Shown here one piece after another: positions 27,782 to 32,000 of a stretch of 32,000 nucleotides of DNA (position 1 is the stretch's first letter; each line of letters starts with the position of its first letter). Below the pieces are notes generated by a model. It saw only the letters and a list, made by a program, of their open reading frames with translations. It did no database searches and was not told the origin of the DNA. The position numbers were made by a program, and so were the translations under genes. Source of the stretch: Promethearchaeia archaeon (GTDB taxonomy: Archaea > Asgardarchaeota > Lokiarchaeia > Sigyniarchaeales > SOKP01); the NCBI GenBank assembly GCA_046497275.1, contig JAWOFX010000019.1, positions 1-32,000 of the forward strand, in the 5' to 3' direction.

Positions 27782-29017
27782 TTACCCGTAATCCTTTTCT
27801 TCTTCTTGAGGATCTAAAGCATCTTGTTCTACATCACGTCCACGCCATTTTTCACTTAATATTTCCTCATAATATTCATGTTGGATAATAAGAGACATAA
27901 TTTCTGAGGTTCCCGTCCAAATCATAGCTAATCGAGCATCTCTTAGAAGTCGCTCGACCGGGTACACGGTTGTATAGCCGACACCTCCCATAACTTGCAT
28001 TGCTAAGTTCATAACTTCCCAACATTTTTCTGTTGAGAATTTTTTGGATTCTGAAACACATCTTCGTTGAACTTGTGGTGGAGCTCCTCTATCAATTAAT
28101 AATGCGGTGTTATAAACTTGATTTCTGCACGCATCTAATAATGTAATTCCTTCCGCAATATTGAAGCTAACTGCTTCAAATTTTTTAATTTCCCTACCAA
28201 ATGCTTTTCTTTTAGTACTATATTTCGCGGCTATTCGTAATGCAGCACGAGCAGTTCCAAGAATTCCCGCAGCAGTGGTTAATCTTTCTGGAACCATCAT
28301 CTGATAGAAAATTTTACCACCATCTCCCTCATTTCCAATCATGTTCTCTACAGGAACTTTTACGTTATCAAACTTTAGTCTTCCGGCACCTCCACCGCGA
28401 GTGCCCATTAATCCGTAGACATATTCTGTGCTGACGCCATCATCTCTGTCAACTATAAATAAACTGATCGATTTATGGCGATGAGCTTCTGGGTCTGTTT
28501 TAGCATATACTAAGAAGAAATCTGCTCCCTCTGCACCAACCACGAATCTCTTTTGACCGTTTAAAATATAATGATCTCCCTCTTTTTTGGCATTTGTGGT
28601 TGCTCCAAAGAAATCAGAACCCCCTCGAGGCTCTGTTAATGCTTCTGCTGTGAATTTTTTTCCGTTCAACATCGGTACAAGATACCGCTGTTTTTGATCT
28701 TCATTTCCAAACATATTCAAAGCTTCTCCGCAAATGCTTACGAGTGAATATAAACAGCCAAGACTCATACCTAGTACTCCAATCTCCTCTAAAGCTACCA
28801 CTTCATGTCTCCAATCCAAGCCTCTTCCACCATATTTTTCTGGAAATCGTAATCCAATTAGGTTATGTTTCGCTAAATCTTCAACAAATTCAGTAGGATA
28901 TTGGACTTCATCTCTATCCATTTTTTGTAAAAGTGAATGGGGCACCTCATCTTTCACAAAAGCACGCGTTTCATCTCTAATTGATTTTTCTGATTCACTT
29001 ATGATATAGTCAAACAT
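27782..29017 (-). CDS. Acyl-CoA dehydrogenase
   Basis: [28 protein letters not shown] and [15 protein letters not shown]. Confidence 0.93.
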   Translation of the reverse strand: MFDYIISESEKSIRDETRAFVKDEVPHSLLQKMDRDEVQYPTEFVEDLAKHNLIGLRFPEKYGGRGLDWRHEVVALEEIGVLGMSLGCLYSLVSICGEALNMFGNEDQKQRYLVPMLNGKKFTAEALTEPRGGSDFFGATTNAKKEGDHYILNGQKRFVVGAEGADFFLVYAKTDPEAHRHKSISLFIVDRDDGVSTEYVYGLMGTRGGGAGRLKFDNVKVPVENMIGNEGDGGKIFYQMMVPERLTTAAGILGTARAALRIAAKYSTKRKAFGREIKKFEAVSFNIAEGITLLDACRNQVYNTALLIDRGAPPQVQRRCVSESKKFSTEKCWEVMNLAMQVMGGVGYTTVYPVERLLRDARLAMIWTGTSEIMSLIIQHEYYEEILSEKWRGRDVEQDALDPQEEEKDYG

Positions 29018-29232
29018 TTTTGATCTTTGTTGTTAAAAATTCTTTATGAATAGTAATAATCTTTAAACTAAATAATTATCTTCTGATAGTCAAAAAGTTA
29101 TGATTTGAAAAACCCAATATCGTATTATTAAACTTATTTAATGTTAAAATGATCGTGAAAGAAGGGTTTCTCGATCTTTTAAATATATTCATATATTCTT
29201 GGGAAAATAAACAGATATTATGTAAACAAAAC

Positions 29233-30378
29233 TTAAATTTCTATCTCAAATAATATTTTCTGGTGTTTGAATTTAGAATTCACTACATTCAAGACTTTTT
29301 CGGCAAAATTTATCAAATTATCTGCGTAACTTTTTCTTTCTTCAATTTGATCCAAAAGAAAATCATGAATCATGTTCCTTGTTGCCTCGATACCATTTTC
29401 CTGTAAAAATCTCTCCCACTGTATCGAAATCATGCATATTTCTCTTATTTTTTCATCTGAATATTCTGAAGCATCATAGATTAAATTATGATATTTTACT
29501 ATCGCTTTACTTACGTTTTTCAAATGATCCGCTATAGCATAAGAAAACCGACATAAACTTATCATATTTGAGATTGTTCTTGTATTCCTTGTATTAGCTG
29601 CTTCCTCAAATGCATTAAAAATATCTTCCCATTCTCCCACGTCTCCAACATTCTGTAAATCGTTTGCCATTGCAACATTAATGATATCACTTAAATCCAC
29701 ATCGTGCCCTCTTTTTAGTTTTTTCTGAAATACTTCTTTTAAACTCGCACCTTCCAAATAGCTTCCAGCACCGAAATCTAGTAGCTGAGATAAATTATTT
29801 GCAGCATAAAGTTTTTCATTTCGAGTCTCATTTGTTTTTGGATTTTTCCAGATAATATTTTTATCCCATTCTTTAGATTTTTTATCCCATTTAAACCCAC
29901 ATTCTCTAAGCATGGTATCCAATAGGTTAATATTGAATGTCCAGAAATCAATATCATCCGTAAATCTCTTTCTTCGCCAATCTCGAGAAGTATATTTGCC
30001 TAAATAGATTTTCATAGTCCCTCTAAATAGATTCTCTTTCCCTGCTTCAAGAATTTTGTTGGCTTCTTCATGATATATACTATTTTCATCTTTTGCATAT
30101 TTCTTCACTTTATCAAATATTTTCTTAACCTCATTCGCTATTATATCGCATGGAATGTTACCATCCGATGGATAAGAGCGAGATCCCCCTTCTAAAAAAT
30201 TCTTAAATAACTTTAAATCATCTTTTGGGATATTATACCAAGGATTATTAAAAAGCATTTTAGTAAAAACATAATGGGTATATCCTTCTTTATCCTCAAA
30301 ATTTTTTACTGGAGCAACATCTCGCAAATTATCTCCATTTTTTTTCGAATCTGCCCTTATATCCCATATATTACTCAT
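29233..30378 (-). CDS. Hypothetical protein, candidate AbiEii/DUF1814-like nucleotidyltransferase
   Basis: RKRFTDDIDFW and KKLKRGHDVDLSDI. Confidence 0.45.
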   Translation of the reverse strand: MSNIWDIRADSKKNGDNLRDVAPVKNFEDKEGYTHYVFTKMLFNNPWYNIPKDDLKLFKNFLEGGSRSYPSDGNIPCDIIANEVKKIFDKVKKYAKDENSIYHEEANKILEAGKENLFRGTMKIYLGKYTSRDWRRKRFTDDIDFWTFNINLLDTMLRECGFKWDKKSKEWDKNIIWKNPKTNETRNEKLYAANNLSQLLDFGAGSYLEGASLKEVFQKKLKRGHDVDLSDIINVAMANDLQNVGDVGEWEDIFNAFEEAANTRNTRTISNMISLCRFSYAIADHLKNVSKAIVKYHNLIYDASEYSDEKIREICMISIQWERFLQENGIEATRNMIHDFLLDQIEERKSYADNLINFAEKVLNVVNSKFKHQKILFEIEI

Positions 30379-30498
30379 AGAAATTTAGATCCATTGTGTT
30401 TATAAATTTGTTATATAAAAAATATAGCTTAAATAAAGATCGCGTTCAATAATTACATCTTTTCCAAGATTATAAAATAATATAATAAAAAAATTGTA

Positions 30499-30801
30499 TT
30501 AATTTATACCAAATATCTCTTTCGCTCTTTCTTCGTTTAATTGGTTAGTTCTTAAATTCCATAACTCTCCATAATAAAATTTCTCCTCGTTTTTCACAAC
30601 TATGGGTAAACTTTCTACGCATGCTCCCATATCGCAATAAATATTCTCAAAAACCTCATTTTTCATTAGAGGGTCATTAAAATCTTTTGGGTCTTGATAG
30701 TCTAAAACCTTGTAGTCTACATTTTTATCTTTTAACCAATCTAAGAGCATATCGCAAAAATAACACTTTTTTTTAACGACTATTTTAAATTCTGGGCTCA
30801 T
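30499..30801 (-). CDS. Glutaredoxin-like protein
   Basis: CYFC near the N-terminus and LPIVV (cis-Pro-like). It has an extra YCDMGAC segment. Confidence 0.7.
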   Translation of the reverse strand: MSPEFKIVVKKKCYFCDMLLDWLKDKNVDYKVLDYQDPKDFNDPLMKNEVFENIYCDMGACVESLPIVVKNEEKFYYGELWNLRTNQLNEERAKEIFGIN

Positions 30802-30984
30802 AAATGAAAAATATAGAAGTAAATTATTAAATATTGTTTTTATAAAATAACAATTTTTTTTTTAATTAGGAATTAATGATAATCCGGCAAACTATTGTCG
30901 TTGTTTTTCATTGAAAATCTTCCCTTCTTAATGTTTTTAGTTTGTTTGAATAATTTATTAATTTCGGATACTTTATATTAACAA

Positions 30985-31665
30985 ATGAATGAATTCTTTC
31001 AAATCTATACTTATGATCCGGATAATCCTAAAAAGGAAATTTTATCAAAAGTCAGACTATTAACTATAACTGAATTATTTTCAAAATATCCTATTATTGA
31101 ACAACAATTTTTTGACGATCTTGCAAGAAATATTAAACACCACATTCACTATTCCTTTCTGAAAACCTTAAAAAGAATTGTTGGACCAGATGGAGAGGAT
31201 TATAAAATTGAAAATTGGCATTTGATTTGGGCGATGGACATCCAAAATCGGTTTTTCCAACTTCTTTTCCAACGATTAAAATTAAAAAAGAAAATTCAAG
31301 GCATCTTGGTTGCTTTAGCCCCACCTGAATTGGGGAGATTATATAAAAAACACAAATTTGATGCCGTTTTAAAAACTCTTACTCTGTTAAATTCTCCCAA
31401 AAATATCAAATTCTTGAAACTTTTAGGTTCAAAAGGAAAATCACTCGCAGAAGAACAACAATTATTTAAATTAAATCAAGCTGACTTGCAAAAAGTTAAT
31501 ATTAAAAACTATTTGAAAACTATTCCTAATATAGATGGACAATGGTTCCCTCATTTTAGTCCTAAATGCCCAATATGTAATGCGACTATGAAAGAATTGG
31601 ATGAATATCAATTTGGTTTTAAAAAACTTGTATGTCCTCAATGTGGATACCACTTGAACAAATAA
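30985..31665 (+). CDS. Hypothetical protein with a C-terminal Zn ribbon
   Basis: CPICN...CPQCG at the C-terminus. Confidence 0.7.
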   Translation: MNEFFQIYTYDPDNPKKEILSKVRLLTITELFSKYPIIEQQFFDDLARNIKHHIHYSFLKTLKRIVGPDGEDYKIENWHLIWAMDIQNRFFQLLFQRLKLKKKIQGILVALAPPELGRLYKKHKFDAVLKTLTLLNSPKNIKFLKLLGSKGKSLAEEQQLFKLNQADLQKVNIKNYLKTIPNIDGQWFPHFSPKCPICNATMKELDEYQFGFKKLVCPQCGYHLNK

Positions 31666-31763
31666 TTTTAAAGATTTAAAATTCTATTAATAGTGAGATT
31701 TATTTAAAATCTTAATTTTATAATGTATAATTAAAATGTAAAATCAAGAGAGATTTTCATATT

Positions 31764-32000
31764 ATGTATGTCAGTGCTTTAGATTTAGGGACAACGGGTT
31801 GCAGAACCTATGTCTTTGACCTCGCTGGAACAGTTATTGCTTGGGATTATAGTGAATGGCAAAGCTTTTATCCCAAACCCTCATGGGTTGAGCAAAACGC
31901 AGATGAATGGTGGAATTCTATTAAATCAACTATAGACTCAGCTCTGAAAAAGAGTGGTATTGATATTACTGAAATAGTAAGTGTTTCAGTAACCAATCAA
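31764..32000 (+). CDS. FGGY-family carbohydrate kinase (xylulokinase/glycerol kinase-like), 5' part only
   Basis: Manual translation: MYVSALDLGTTGCRTYVFD...WVEQNADEWW...VSVSVTNQ. Confidence 0.9.
   Translation, partial: MYVSALDLGTTGCRTYVFDLAGTVIAWDYSEWQSFYPKPSWVEQNADEWWNSIKSTIDSALKKSGIDITEIVSVSVTNQ

Overview
This is a low-GC archaeal chromosomal window, most likely from an Asgard archaeon (Lokiarchaeia/Promethearchaeota-like). That assignment is inferred from an Asgard-type profilin together with archaeal housekeeping genes. 1-4100 is an accessory-looking block: a JAB/MPN-domain gene cut by the window edge, a SAP-like/SWIM-like protein, a 44-aa orphan ORF missing from the ORF track, a 536-aa unknown with a possible His-rich nuclease-like motif, and a small Cys4 zinc-finger protein. 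Next come tandem tRNA-Ser(GCT) and tRNA-Val(TAC), each with an intron at a non-canonical position (D-arm and T-loop), then a DUF2110-like gene, profilin and a membrane protein. The archaeal proteasome/exosome superoperon (psmA, SBDS, rrp4, rrp41, rrp42, L37ae, Pcc1, prefoldin beta) is interrupted by two opposite-strand genes: a beta-rich hypothetical and a rifampicin-phosphotransferase-like PEP-utilizing enzyme. The rest holds a DHH protein, ECF transporter A/A'/T, Cgi121, a THUMP protein, a short Sua5/TsaC, a four-subunit 2-oxoacid:ferredoxin oxidoreductase, ZPR1, a probably PPi-dependent phosphofructokinase, an acyl-CoA dehydrogenase, an AbiEii-like nucleotidyltransferase candidate, a glutaredoxin-like protein, a Zn-ribbon protein and the start of an FGGY kinase. 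All calls come from manual motif recognition; no database searches were run.
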